This document shows positions 32,112-42,767 of a stretch of DNA of 64,000 nucleotides, piece after piece; positions within the stretch are counted from its first letter, which is position 1, and the number at the start of each line of letters is the position of its first letter. This stretch comes from an uncultured Spirochaetota bacterium (GTDB lineage: Bacteria > Spirochaetota > Spirochaetia > SZUA-6 > Fen-1364). The stretch is from contig CAWJSK010000015.1 in the NCBI GenBank assembly GCA_963845535.1, forward strand, positions 401,875 to 465,874, read 5' to 3'. The position numbers and the translations under genes were made by a program. The notes below the pieces were generated by a model that ran no database searches, was not told the origin of the DNA, and worked only from the letters and a program-made list of their open reading frames with translations.

Positions 32112-33225
32112 TTGAGCCTCGCGTAAATAGGTGACGTTTCAGTCAAATGAAATCCCTGCATGTTTGAGGAAAGAATAGGGAAGACTGTTGCTTTGTGAAT
32201 GGATTCGGGAAAATCCATCGCGCACTCCATCTACCATTCCTCCCAGGTCATCGGCGCATCGGTTGGCTAACTCTTGGCCCTCGATATTCGCCCAAGCACT
32301 CTCAACCGGGTTCAGCTCAGGGGCATAGGCGGGAAGGCGCACAACGGTCAGCCATTTGTCTTGTTGCTTCAAATAACTGGTCATGCGGCGGCTTCTGTGA
32401 GACGGCAGGCCATCCCAGACCAGAATAACTTTCTTCCGAAGGAACTCTTTGCGAAGCTGTGAAAGGAAGTCGCTCAACTTCTCGTCGTTGAAGCTGTCAG
32501 CAACAATGCGAAAGAAAAGCCGAGATTCTTTGCCATCCCATCGATAGCCGAGGGCCGCACAGATAGACAGTTTCTTCCAATTAAAGGTATGACAGAGCAC
32601 GGGTGTCTTGCCTCGTGGCGCCCAGGTCCGTCTCACGGGAGGCTTCTGCGAAAGGCCGCTTTCATCAAGGAAAACTACCCATGCGCGCCAGAGGCTAGCG
32701 TTTTTTTTTACCTCTTCCCATCTCTGAGTCTTCCACTGAGTAATCTTTTCTTCGTCTCTTTCCTTTGCTTTCAGCGTCGGGCGCTGCAGACTCCACCCCA
32801 TCTGGCGCAAGATTCTCCACACGTGACCCGGATGATAGCTTACCCCTGTCACACTACTGATGAGCTGGGCCACACGAGGGAGGGACCACAAATCCGTTGC
32901 GTATCCATGAGCCGTCGCTCCACGCAGCAGTTCCTTCTCCACCAGCGCCAGTTGCTCCTTCTCCAATTTGGGCTTTCGCCCGGCTCTTGTTGCCCCCTCC
33001 AGGGCAGCGATGTTACCGCTATGCCATGCCTGCCACCATTCGCTGACGCTCTGGCGACTGACCCGCAAGTGCAAAGCCACCGCGGCTTGGCGTTCACCCT
33101 GCTCGAAGAGCGCAACGGCCTTCTCGCGGCGTTTGCGTAATTTTTCAAGCCTCTTTTTTCCCCTCTCCATGAGCAAGATTATGCCACAAACAAATTCTTT
33201 TGTCCGGAAATTTTGCGAGCCTCAA
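32112..33225 (-). mobile_element. IS630 family element
   Basis: TIRs TTGAGCCTCGCGTAAAT / TTGAGGCTCGCAAAATT; duplicated TA at 32110-32111 and 33226-33227. Confidence 0.88.
32139..33170 (-). CDS. IS630 family transposase
   Basis: HTH N-terminus; FLDESG, VWDGLPSH, PAYAPELNPVE triad. Confidence 0.93.
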   Translation of the reverse strand: MERGKKRLEKLRKRREKAVALFEQGERQAAVALHLRVSRQSVSEWWQAWHSGNIAALEGATRAGRKPKLEKEQLALVEKELLRGATAHGYATDLWSLPRVAQLISSVTGVSYHPGHVWRILRQMGWSLQRPTLKAKERDEEKITQWKTQRWEEVKKNASLWRAWVVFLDESGLSQKPPVRRTWAPRGKTPVLCHTFNWKKLSICAALGYRWDGKESRLFFRIVADSFNDEKLSDFLSQLRKEFLRKKVILVWDGLPSHRSRRMTSYLKQQDKWLTVVRLPAYAPELNPVESAWANIEGQELANRCADDLGGMVDGVRDGFSRIHSQSNSLPYSFLKHAGISFD

Positions 33226-34269
33226 TAAGCAGAGACAGTGCAAATCTCTACCAAGATATTTGAAAAAGGAAATAGAACAACTGTTTGAGTTGACTCTTTA
33301 TATGATTCTTGGAAATGAGGATACAATACAAGCCTTCCTGAGAAACTACACGGAACAGATGCAAGACAAGCATCAAAGCACACTATCAAATATTGCGTCT
33401 CTTGAGAGCGAAAGGGGTAAACTCAATAAATTAAGTTGAAAAACTCCTTGATTACATCGAACAGAATGGAAGTGATAGCGTTGTATCCGAACGATTGAGT
33501 AAAAGGAAGCAGGAGATTAAAGAAGTAGATAATAACCTGATCAGGCTAAGGCAATCTTTGTCCGAAGATGCGGCGGAGGAAAGTGCATTAGCAAAGAGGT
33601 ATTCAAAGGACACACTTGCTGCTTTTAGGGCCGGGGATGGCGCCAAGAAACGGGAGATATACTTTAGCCTAATTGAATCAGCAGTTATCAGGGATGGAAG
33701 GCTCTTTATCCACTACAAGAACGGACAAGAGTATAGAGTGCAACTGGCACAATACCGAAATACCAAGTTTAGGATTGACTCTTACTGGCAAGGAGGGTTG
33801 GAGTTATTCAAAAAGGGGGAGTTTTTGAAGCCAAAAGAACCGTTGTATCAGATGAGTCTGCTCTATGATTACAAGACCCATGATAGGACGTATCTCTTGT
33901 CAGACTATTTGAAGTTGCAGAATCCCGAGTTTGCTGATGAAGAATCCTTCTCAGGTAGTATAGAGGACACCGAAAATATGTTGACTGGATACCTTCCGGG
34001 CAGATCACTGATTGAACGTGGACCTATTGAAAATGGCACCAAGAGTAAAGCGAAACACAAAACGCTAAAGATTAGTTCATCTTCCTTTTGAAACGCTTGT
34101 GGCTGTGTGAGGGGTATTTGGAACTCCTGCGCCAAGGAGCCGAGAAGGGGATGGCCGTTTTGTGGGACGAAGTAGCAGTCTACAGGCGAATGGTCAACTG
34201 TCTCGGATACAAGGAGGGGGAATTCGTGCTAAAATCATTTCAAGAACATCTATGCGGAAGGACAACAGC

Positions 34270-34455
34270 TTGAAAAACGAGCAAATACTGGTTGGAGATA
34301 CCGTGAGATTCCAGGGCGGCGGGTCATCAATGACAGTTGAAGCGATAGAGGGAGCCGAAGCTATCTGCGCGTTTGCACTTGGCGGTACACAACGGTTGAG
34401 ACTTGAAGTTCTTGAGAAGGTTCCGCAGGAGCACCACTGGTGGGGTCACAAATAA
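34270..34455 (+). CDS. YodC/DUF2158-like small protein
   Basis: VGDTVRFQGGGSSMTV resembles the GDxVxLKSGGPxMTV motif. Confidence 0.55.
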   Translation: MKNEQILVGDTVRFQGGGSSMTVEAIEGAEAICAFALGGTQRLRLEVLEKVPQEHHWWGHK

Positions 34456-34706
34456 CGAACCTGTATCGCGAACTTCAGATGACAACCCACAGTGCTGAGC
34501 GGGTAACCACAGCGAAACGCTCTGCGTTGTGGATATTCGAAGATGCGGCTTCAATTCGCCACAAGATCATCCAACGCGCCGGACGGCTGACGCGTCCGCA
34601 AGGTCGGCTTCGCCTGACTTTGAGCGGCAACGAGGCAACGCGAAAGGACTTGATGCACTACATGGAATCTCTCGCCTGCGCAGGATAGTTTTAATGCAAC
34701 GTTAGA
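34455..34706 (+). pseudogene. IS1380-family transposase C-terminal remnant
   Basis: NLYRELQM...KRSALW...IIQRAGRLTRPQG.LRLTLSGN; no N-terminal part present. Confidence 0.6.
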
Positions 34707-34852
34707 TTCTACTCTCTTTGATTGCATATACAAGTGTATCACTCTCGGCGCAGATTGATAGACCCGCCTGATGGGCAGAAAAAGGCGCTAGAATCCTAGG
34801 ATATCAGACCTTGCCGCCTCCATCATGACCAATCAAGACCGGGCCGAGCGGC

Positions 34853-35611
34853 CTAAACTTTCTTCCCGCAGTACACGATTCTATTTCCCGTCTGGAACAA
34901 CACATCCGCCATTTTGAACCCCGCCCATCGGAGGCTGTTCACGTAGAAAGAGGCCGGGTAGCCATGCTCGGGGTTATCGCTAATGCCGGTAAGCTTATTC
35001 ATTTCGTCGATTTCTTCCGCAATACCATATCTATTTTTCACCGTTTGCCAAAAATCCGCGACTCGTATGACGGACTTTTTGGCCTTTTCCGAAAGGTGAA
35101 GTGACTCAAACCACTCGTCAGAAAGAGAAGTGACATCGCCGCTGACGAACAAGCCGCCTTTAGGCAGCAACTCGTACAAGCTGCGGTAGATGTTCATTAC
35201 ACTTTGCCGTGAAAGATAATGGAAAAAGTTCAAGGATGCCGCCGCTTGGAAGCTCCCCGCCTCTTTGATAGTCCCCTTTTTTCTTATATCGCCAAGCAAA
35301 AGAGAGAAGCTATCCCTGTATTCGTTTAAATGATGCCTATAGATCATAAGGAGAAATGGGTTGAAGTCTATCCCTACCACTTTGGTTTCTTTCAATGATT
35401 TCAAAAGATATTCAGATAGACCACCCGCACCACATCCAAGATCAACTATAACAGGATGCTCGGTTTGTATTGACTCAAGGATTCGTATGATGGTATAGGC
35501 TTGCTGCTCTCGCCAGTAGTCATGAGTGGAGTGCATTTCCACCCATTCACGGAACATTTCGTGAGAATCGACCTGATCTTCATTCGCTTCAATCCACTCT
35601 TCAATCCTCAC
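34853..35611 (-). CDS. Class I SAM-dependent methyltransferase
   Basis: IVDLGCGAG, GIDFNP, GDIR, LPKGGLFVSGD. Confidence 0.85.
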   Translation of the reverse strand: MRIEEWIEANEDQVDSHEMFREWVEMHSTHDYWREQQAYTIIRILESIQTEHPVIVDLGCGAGGLSEYLLKSLKETKVVGIDFNPFLLMIYRHHLNEYRDSFSLLLGDIRKKGTIKEAGSFQAAASLNFFHYLSRQSVMNIYRSLYELLPKGGLFVSGDVTSLSDEWFESLHLSEKAKKSVIRVADFWQTVKNRYGIAEEIDEMNKLTGISDNPEHGYPASFYVNSLRWAGFKMADVLFQTGNRIVYCGKKV

Positions 35612-35612
35612 A

Positions 35613-35759
35613 CTATTTATTTTTGAGCACCTGCACGGAGAAGTCAAGTCCTGACCACGGCCTTTCCAAGGGGAAATAAATATGATCGGTAAGAGCGGCG
35701 GCTATTAGGCCGAACAGGACAATGGTTTGAGCGACCAGCTTGAGTACGAAGGATTTCAT
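35613..35759 (-). CDS. Putative 48-aa peptide with hydrophobic N-terminal half
   Basis: GAGG RBS before ATG; stop lies 1 nt before the methyltransferase GTG. Confidence 0.4.
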   Translation of the reverse strand: MKSFVLKLVAQTIVLFGLIAAALTDHIYFPLERPWSGLDFSVQVLKNK

Positions 35760-36051
35760 AAAACCTCTGTATCCCCATGATAACATTTTGAAGCGTCTAC
35801 TACAGCATTGCAATCAGGTGGATCGAAGCGTGGCTTCTTCCCTTTCCTTCTTTTAGCCGTTCAATCTCCTGCTTCGTGAAAGATTGGATTGCTAGAAAGA
35901 ACGCAACCTTGTTGTGCGGTAAGGAAGGAACCCAATCTTGGGTCATAACGTCAAGCGTTGCATCGGCCTCCGCCTCGGCCTGTGTTGCTCTTTTGACCGG
36001 TCGAGTTTAACGCGATATCTCATAATCGGCAGTATTGCGTGAGCGTTCATC

Positions 36052-37020
36052 ATGTGCTCTCCCCGTCAGGATATCTCTTGCCAGACTATTACGTCGCTGT
36101 TGGAGGCAGGTTTCGAGATCGACTTCTCTCCAATCTATTGGACATACGCTACCGGTTTCCCGAAAGCTCAGAACGTCGGCAAAATCGTCAGCAGCTATAG
36201 ATACTTCAATGGCGCTTACGGAGGCTTTCAGCCCAAGCCAGCGGTGGAAGTCATCTTGGTCGCCATGAAGCCGATGACAGAGAAGAAATATGCTTTACAA
36301 GCCATTAGGAACGGCCACGGCGTTACTTGGCTCGATGACTGCCGTATCCCTTTCGCCGATGATGACAGGCCTGTTGGCGGGTATGGAAGAATGGGCATTG
36401 GGATGGGAAAGCCGCAGGAGACGCAAGACTACAACAAGTCCGCCCACCGTAAAGTCACCAAATCTACGCAACCAGGAAGATTTCCTGCCAACCTATTAGT
36501 CAGCGACAACGTGCTCGATGACGGACGAAGAGGCCACACAAGACCCCAGGGCGGGGACGGCGAAAAGCTTGACACCCAAGACCGTGGATGGGGATTCAGA
36601 AGGACGCCGTTTGCCGGCTCCGATAGCGGTTCTTACTCTCGTTATTTTGACTTGGATGCTTGGTTTGAGAAGACGTTTCCATTTCTCATTATCCCAAAGC
36701 CCTCAAGGAGGGAGAAGAATGCAGGCTTGGATGGTTCACCCACCCGACTACGCCAACGAGTACGTGATGGTGGTGGACTAGCGCGAGACCCGCTGTGGGC
36801 ACCAACGGTGACCAAGAATGACCATCCCTTCGTAAAGCCGGTGAAGCTCATGGCATATCTCATCGCTCCCGGATCAAGAGAGGGACAGACCGTGCTAGAT
36901 GTGTTCGCGGGTAGCGGTTCTACCGGGATAGCCGCCAAGCTTCTTAGGCGGAACTTCATAGGGATTGAGATAAACAAGGCGTATTGCGAGATTGCAGAGC
37001 GTCGAATTTTTGCGGCATGA
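36052..37020 (+). pseudogene. Phage-type N4/N6 DNA methyltransferase, 5'-truncated
   Basis: W.YATGFPK, KPAVE, GRFPAN, HPFVKPVKLM, VLDVFAGSGST; no DPPY motif in or upstream of the ORF. Confidence 0.75.
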
Positions 37021-37053
37021 GAGCATGGCGACTAAAGGACACCAGAGAGGAAG

Positions 37054-37356
37054 ATGATGTTGATTGTGGGTGACTTCCGAAAGCATCGGCCGTTGAAAGA
37101 TACAGCCCTCATGATTGCTGACCCGATCTACGACAAACTCGCAGACTACGAGTTCTTGATCGGTTTGGACCTCCCCTCGATTCTGTTCATGAGACCCATC
37201 ACGCTATGCTATGTTCAGCCTCCCGACCAAATAGCTCACTGGATAAAGCCGGAGCAAAAGGCTGATAGGTATCGTAGCGCCCTTTATCACCCTACACAAC
37301 CCTACATCCTGCACAGAAGCAGTGCCAACACACCGTGCCGTTGTCCGGTTCTATGA
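37054..37356 (+). pseudogene. Possible N-terminal fragment of a second DNA methyltransferase
   Basis: LIVGDF...MIADPIY resembles the GD...DPPY start of beta-class methyltransferases. Confidence 0.4.
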
Positions 37357-37459
37357 TCCCAAGCCCCTTATTGTTGTTGAACGCTTCAAGACCATTGCAT
37401 ATCTTCCATTCAGCATGAAGCGAAGAAGCTTGTCGGGAACGATCTCCGAGCTATCCAGA

Positions 37460-37966
37460 GACTTCTGGACGAATCTTTCAAGGATCGAGTTCATTCTGTA
37501 CTTGCTCAAATGTCTCTTGGGCGGCTCCATCTGTTTTTGGTCTATACCTGTCCTTCCCGAGTTACCAGTTCTTGTGGAGCATCGTTTCCGTGCTGCTTGT
37601 TCTACCACCCGACTACCGTAACTCAATCGCACTCTCGGTGGATCGGATCAAGGCTAATATAATAGGCGCTTTGATTGGATTGGGGACGTTCCTGCTTCAT
37701 CCACGGACTTGTTCTCATTATGCGGTGCAAACATATTGACCATCTTGGTATGCACATTCCTTCGTCTCGGAAACGCTACTCGCCCGGCATTGGCTGCTCT
37801 GGTGATCGTGCTGATCCAAGAAAAGGAGAGAAACAACTGGGAGCTTGTGACCCAACGGATGGTCGCCGTTGCTGTCGGAAGCATAGTGGCTTTGGCTCTA
37901 ACGCTGGTCATTCACGTCATTTCTAGCGGGAAGACCCAACGCAGCCGCCCCACCAAGTGCCGATGA
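37460..37966 (+). pseudogene. FUSC/aromatic-acid-exporter family membrane protein, frameshifted
   Basis: YLLKCLLG, WSIVSVLLVL...DRIKANIIGALIGL and RPALAALVIVLIQE lie in successive different frames. Confidence 0.6.
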
Positions 37967-38150
37967 ATCCATCGGCTCTGGCGAGTAGCCGAGAAGCTGT
38001 AATGGCTTTTTTGGCGAAAGATAGAACTCATATGAAGGTCATTGGATTCTGAATGCACTTTGGCATCGTCGTGGTGGCTGTCACGTCAGGCTGGATAATG
38101 TCCCGCTTACATCGAGCAAGCAAATGACACCCGCTTTATCAAGAGCACTC

Positions 38151-38510
38151 TTACTGGCTCACCAACCAATCCTTCGCCTGCTCAACAGTCTCAAAGGTGG
38201 GAATCTTTCTACCGCTTACCCGTTGAACGGCGGAGTAAATGATTTTTTGCAAGCCTTCGACTCCGATGACTGCCGAGGCTTTCACATACGGCGTATTGTG
38301 CGACGAAAAATCCTTCATGAGCCTACTGCTTTCTTTTGTAAGCTCAACGCCTGTCACGTTGGTCAATAAAAGGACTGTCTCCTTTCCCCGATGTGAGATC
38401 ATCATTTTTGCTTCCGCAAGTTGCGAAGACAACTCTACCTCTTTGCAGCCCGAGAGATCGACGTAGACGATGTTCTTCCCTTTGTGAGAGACGATTTGCG
38501 TCTTGTTCAT
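38151..38510 (-). CDS. STAS/SEC14-like hypothetical protein
   Basis: HKGKNIVYVD...SAVIGVEG...FETVEQAKDWL; AGGAGG RBS. Confidence 0.7.
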   Translation of the reverse strand: MNKTQIVSHKGKNIVYVDLSGCKEVELSSQLAEAKMMISHRGKETVLLLTNVTGVELTKESSRLMKDFSSHNTPYVKASAVIGVEGLQKIIYSAVQRVSGRKIPTFETVEQAKDWLVSQ

Positions 38511-38654
38511 GAAAAAATCCTCCTAAGGACCTGCTATGGATGCATGGAAGGATACTGAAAGGCCACAGGGGCCTAAATGTCAGCCAAGACCAAGGGCGAG
38601 TAAGAAAACGATTCGCTATAAAGCTCATCAGGTCTTGGGTCTATCGTTCCAGTG

Positions 38655-39452
38655 TCATTTTTTCTTTTGACCCCGGGGTTCCATGATTCGTGCTGTCATT
38701 TTCACAACAACGCTTCGTGGAGTGAACCGGACCGAGTTCGCAAGGAGATAGTTCATCGTACCATCAACGGCGTAAGACTTTCTGCGCTCAAGAGCGCGAA
38801 AGGCAGTCTTGACAACGCTTTCGACAGAACGCCTTCTTCCGAAGATGCCTTGAGTATTGCCCATTGCCTTCTCAAAGTTCGTCTCTGTCTCGCCTGGACA
38901 AAGGGCGAGCACTCGGATTCCTTCGCGCCTGTGTTCAGCCCAAAGAGCCTCCGAAAACGAAAGAACAAAGGCTTTCGTTGCTCCGTAGACTGCCATAAAG
39001 GGAAGGGGCTGGAACGCAGCGCCTGATGCAACGTTGATAATGATTCCATCTTGTTTTTTGACCATGCTTGGCAGAAACAAATGTGTAAGGCTAACCAGCG
39101 CTGCAACATTGACCATGATCTCGTCATGCTCTTTGTCCGCTGAAAGACTGTAGAAGCGCCCACGAGTTCCAAAGCCAGCGTTGTTTATCAACACGTCCAC
39201 GGATTGACCTTTCTTGGTGGCTGCTGAAAAGACCTTCTGCGGAGCCTTGGGATCGCTGAGATTGGCGATGACAACCTGGGCGTCCACTCGGAATTCTTTG
39301 ACGAGTTGCGAAGCCAGTTTTTCCAACTTATCCTCTGATCTCGCAACCAGGATCAAGTTTGCTCCTTTTGCAGCCAGCGCCTTTGCGAAGGCTTCCCCTA
39401 TTCCATAAGAGGCACCTGTGATCAAGGCGGTCCTTTTCTCAAATGACAGCAT
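38655..39452 (-). CDS. SDR family oxidoreductase
   Basis: TGASYGIG, NNAG, YGATK. Confidence 0.93.
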   Translation of the reverse strand: MLSFEKRTALITGASYGIGEAFAKALAAKGANLILVARSEDKLEKLASQLVKEFRVDAQVVIANLSDPKAPQKVFSAATKKGQSVDVLINNAGFGTRGRFYSLSADKEHDEIMVNVAALVSLTHLFLPSMVKKQDGIIINVASGAAFQPLPFMAVYGATKAFVLSFSEALWAEHRREGIRVLALCPGETETNFEKAMGNTQGIFGRRRSVESVVKTAFRALERRKSYAVDGTMNYLLANSVRFTPRSVVVKMTARIMEPRGQKKK

Positions 39453-39558
39453 TTTCTTCTCCTACTTGCGTTGCAAGAGTAGCACTTGAATCCTTTAGTA
39501 TCTACGGGCGATTCGAGAGAGCTTCGTTTGACCTTTAGATAGATATGCTCCGTCTATT

Positions 39559-39598
39559 GACGCAATCGCACCCCGTGAATGGCGTAATCGACACTTGC
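39559..39598 (+). repeat. 40-bp direct repeat, copy 1
   Basis: GACGCAATCGC-N6-TGAATGGCGTAATCGACACTTGC, also at 43549-43588. Confidence 0.85.
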
Positions 39599-39649
39599 CC
39601 CATAGTGTATGCAGCAATACGCTTGAATGGATAGAAAGGAGCGCCTTTG

Positions 39650-40015
39650 ATGGATGGCAAAAAACACACGACCATTGACGACTATATTCACTCTTGCCCG
39701 GAGGAAATTCAGACCTCCTTGCAAGAACTGAGACGCCTTATTAGGGACACGGCACCAGAGGCAACTGAGAAAATCAGCTATCTAATGCCAACATTTTATC
39801 TAAACGGCAACTTGGTTCACTTTGCCGCCCATGCAAATCACATCGGCTTTTATCCAACGCCAAGCGGAATCAGCCATTTCAAGAAGGAACTATCAGGATA
39901 TGTAACCTCCAAAGGCGCAGTTCAGTTTCCGCTACAACATCCTCTGCCATTGAACTTGATCAAGAAGATTGTGAAGTTCAGAGTGCAGGAGAACAAGGGA
40001 AAGAAGCGGAGATAG
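39650..40015 (+). CDS. DUF1801 (YdhG-like) protein
   Basis: TIDDYI...EKISYLMPTF...HIGFYPTP...KGAVQFP. Confidence 0.88.
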   Translation: MDGKKHTTIDDYIHSCPEEIQTSLQELRRLIRDTAPEATEKISYLMPTFYLNGNLVHFAAHANHIGFYPTPSGISHFKKELSGYVTSKGAVQFPLQHPLPLNLIKKIVKFRVQENKGKKRR

Positions 40016-40082
40016 CTCTTTCCGTTGCATAGTGTCCAAACCGGACTTAGATATACTGGAATACAGATAGCAGGAGGTTCAT

Positions 40083-40493
40083 ATGAGAATGATCACTTAC
40101 GTCAACTACGGCGGCAACTGTGAACAGGCGTTCCGTTTCTACGAACAGCACCTTGGCGGAAAGATAACAGCGTTCGTGAGGCATAGAGAACAGCCGAACC
40201 CTCAGAACGTTCCGGCCGGATGGGAGAATGCAGTCCTAAACGCCCGGCTGGAAATCGGAGAAACAGAACTCATGGGGGCGGATATCCCACCAGATAGGTT
40301 TCAGCCCATGCGGAGCGCCTATCTAACACTACTCGTTGATAGCGCCAAGGACGCCGAAAGAATCTATGCCCTCCTGACCGAGGGTGGAGAAATCTTCATG
40401 AAGATGGAGGAAACCTTCTTCGCCTCCCGGTTTGCGATGTTCAGGGACAAGTTCGGCACTTCTTGGATGATCCTGCGCAAAAGGATAGGGTGA
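40083..40493 (+). CDS. VOC/PhnB-like protein
   Basis: YVNYGGNCEQAFRFY...FRDKFGTSWM. Confidence 0.88.
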   Translation: MRMITYVNYGGNCEQAFRFYEQHLGGKITAFVRHREQPNPQNVPAGWENAVLNARLEIGETELMGADIPPDRFQPMRSAYLTLLVDSAKDAERIYALLTEGGEIFMKMEETFFASRFAMFRDKFGTSWMILRKRIG

Positions 40494-40514
40494 GTCGGCT
40501 TCGTCGAACTCCAC

Positions 40515-41021
40515 CTACCCCTCGGGTATATACGGTGCCTTACCGTCTATGTCACCAACGAAATATCCAAACCCGCTATGGCCTAGCATCTTACGCACAG
40601 CCATGTTTTCTCCGATGTGGTACCAGTAGTGGTAGATTACTCTTTGAAGAAGATTCCCGTACATCCAGCGAGTCTTTTTCCCATCATGAACGACGAACTG
40701 TTGCAGCTTCTCCGTTGTCAACGCATCCAACCACTTGTCGGCGGCTTTTGTAACTCTGTTCCAAGCCAGCCACATCTTCTTTGCTGACGGTGTGCTGTGC
40801 GGCGCTCCAAAGGCGTAATTGTCTTGAATGTCCTGAATCAGAGGCCTTCCGGTTGGAAAGTAAATGAAGTATCGTTGCTCCTGCCAAGCCAGATGCCCAA
40901 TTGTCCAACTGATGCTGTTCATCGGGAGGACTCGCTTCTTTGCATCGGCCTCTGATACCTTGCAAGCTCGCTTAAACTCCGAACGGCTAAATCTCAGTTG
41001 TTGCACTAATGGATGGGGCAT
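40515..41021 (-). CDS. DinB family protein
   Basis: NSISWTIGHLAWQE; HYWYHIGE. Confidence 0.85.
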   Translation of the reverse strand: MPHPLVQQLRFSRSEFKRACKVSEADAKKRVLPMNSISWTIGHLAWQEQRYFIYFPTGRPLIQDIQDNYAFGAPHSTPSAKKMWLAWNRVTKAADKWLDALTTEKLQQFVVHDGKKTRWMYGNLLQRVIYHYWYHIGENMAVRKMLGHSGFGYFVGDIDGKAPYIPEG

Positions 41022-41140
41022 CTTTGGCTCCTTTCGCTGCGGAAACTCTACATCCCCATTTCGGTTTGGAACAGTCCTTGCGACGAAGTTGAGGTTGCGA
41101 AGAAAGAAGGGTGTCTGCCCAACGTTTTAGGAGCTAGAGG

Positions 41141-41557
41141 ATGAGCTGCGATCAAGGAGGGGAGCGCAGTTCATGGGTGTTTCTGATTCATCCGATAATG
41201 TGTATTAGAACGATGTGGCAAGAACAAAATGGTGCTCCCAAAGGGCATAGGAACTTCGGCGACGAATGGGGAAAGCTTTCGATTACCATGAAGAACGCGA
41301 GGCCGTTCTCGTTTTCCCTGTTAATGGAAGACCATCTTCTGGAATATGATGGCATCAGCATTCTCTTTTCGAGTATAGATGGCGGAGAGGCACACGGAAG
41401 GCCAACCTTTGAGGCTCATAGCAAGCCGAGTATTTCCTTAAAGAAACTTACCGAGACATTTCAAGTTCTTTCCAAGCGGATTGACTCCGAAATGAGAGAT
41501 TTCGTACTTGCCAAGATCAAAGAGCCAAAAAGTGATCCCGATTTTCAACTGCCTTGA
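41141..41557 (+). CDS. Hypothetical protein, start uncertain
   Basis: Open frame only. Confidence 0.4.
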   Translation: MSCDQGGERSSWVFLIHPIMCIRTMWQEQNGAPKGHRNFGDEWGKLSITMKNARPFSFSLLMEDHLLEYDGISILFSSIDGGEAHGRPTFEAHSKPSISLKKLTETFQVLSKRIDSEMRDFVLAKIKEPKSDPDFQLP

Positions 41558-41602
41558 TCGGCATACGTGAAGGCATGAAGGCAGAAATGCATGACAAACG
41601 AC

Positions 41603-42082
41603 TTACTGCGGCTTTAGGCGGATATATTTCGGCGATTCGCCGATTTCATTCTTGATAGCACAATGAAGATATCCAACATGATGCATGACGTGGCGAAACT
41701 GGTTCGGGATCAAATCAAGCCGAGTCAGGTTCCCCCTTCCGACAAGTTCGTCTAACTGCGCTACGCTGAGTAGGGCGAGGTAGTTCTCAATCTTGGAACG
41801 AATCTCCCCGAAGTATTTGAGTAGCTGTTCTTTGGTCAGCCTTCCAGGCCCCTTTTCTGATGTTCTAAAGTGCGGCTGGTGAATGCTTGGTTCTTTAAAT
41901 GTAACGGGGTTGATGAACCATTCATCAAGTGAATGGAGCGTGTGATAAAACTGCTTCCAAATCGGCTAGTCGGGAAATGACTTTTCCATCAGTGACTCGG
42001 TACAGGATTCGAGAGTCACTTGAATATTTTCAAGAAGCACTCCACTTTGATTCTGGATTGTCCTGATGATTGAGTTATCCAC
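41603..42082 (-). pseudogene. DinB-like protein with in-frame TAG at codon 39 (not in the ORF track)
   Basis: Manual translation from GTG 42082: ...SFPD*PIWKQFYHTLHSLDEWFINP...QFRHVMHHVG...; TAG at 41966-41968. Confidence 0.7.
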
Positions 42083-42182
42083 AAAAAATCCCCTCTCTTG
42101 AGAATGGGATCGCTAAGGTCCACGGCAATGACCTTAGCATCCACCTTGTCTGTGATGAGCGCCGGCCTTTTTTCAAAACTGA

Positions 42183-42554
42183 TCACTTCTTCTTCTTTGA
42201 TGCATTCCATGACCCATTCGCTTTTGCAGCCTTTACAACGGCATAGCCTGCGGGGGTCATCCTTTTTTGTTTGATTAGCCTTTCAACCCTGGCCTTATTG
42301 CCCGAAGTCCAATTGCTTTTTTCCTTTCGTCTCGTGAACCTCAGGGCGTATCTTTCATCGTCGATTCGTTTCACCATGTTGTCGATCCAGCCAAAGCAAA
42401 GGGCTTCATCAAGAGCTTGGTCGTGATTTATATGGAGGTTGCCCTTTTCACCCTTAAAGAAGACCAGCCACACTTCGGTTTCCTTATTGTGGTTCTTTAG
42501 GAGCCAAAAATGCCAGCTTTTGTCATCTTTGCAGACAAGATGTTCCGTAGCCAT
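42183..42554 (-). CDS. YdeI-like protein, N-terminal domain only
   Basis: WLLKNH..TEVWLVFFK...ALDEALCFGWID...FTRRK..SNW...MTPAG. Confidence 0.8.
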   Translation of the reverse strand: MATEHLVCKDDKSWHFWLLKNHNKETEVWLVFFKGEKGNLHINHDQALDEALCFGWIDNMVKRIDDERYALRFTRRKEKSNWTSGNKARVERLIKQKRMTPAGYAVVKAAKANGSWNASKKKK

Positions 42555-42767
42555 ATTCAACTCATAGTATATCAGCTATGAACGACTCGTGCATCGGTCC
42601 AGACGCCAAAAGACGAGGCCTTGAACCTTCGTTGAGACGATCTCTGCTTGTTCCGCACGATTGCTTTCTTTCACGCAACGAATGGAATCTAGCTCGTCCT
42701 TGATTTGATTACACTCTCGCAAAAGTGTAGAATGTTGGAACAGATTTCAACCTCGACGGGAGGCAAT

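Larger units (their letters stand above)
29429..34091 (+). pseudogene. Large serine recombinase disrupted by two IS elements, a nonsense codon and a frameshift
   Basis: YVRVST, DGGVSG, KRFSR, APYGY; ILRRPFYAG after IS 1; LSALIRCSTC zinc ribbon; coiled coil after IS 2; segments 29429-30053, 31719-32111 and 33228-34091. Confidence 0.88.

Noticed and set aside
32700..32710. Programmed frameshift at the A9 run in IS630
   Set aside because: The transposase is already a single open frame through the run
31802..41968. Stop-codon recoding (TGA or TAG read as sense)
   Set aside because: Only single in-frame stops in decaying genes; TGA and TAG end many normal genes in the window; TGG mutation is the simpler explanation
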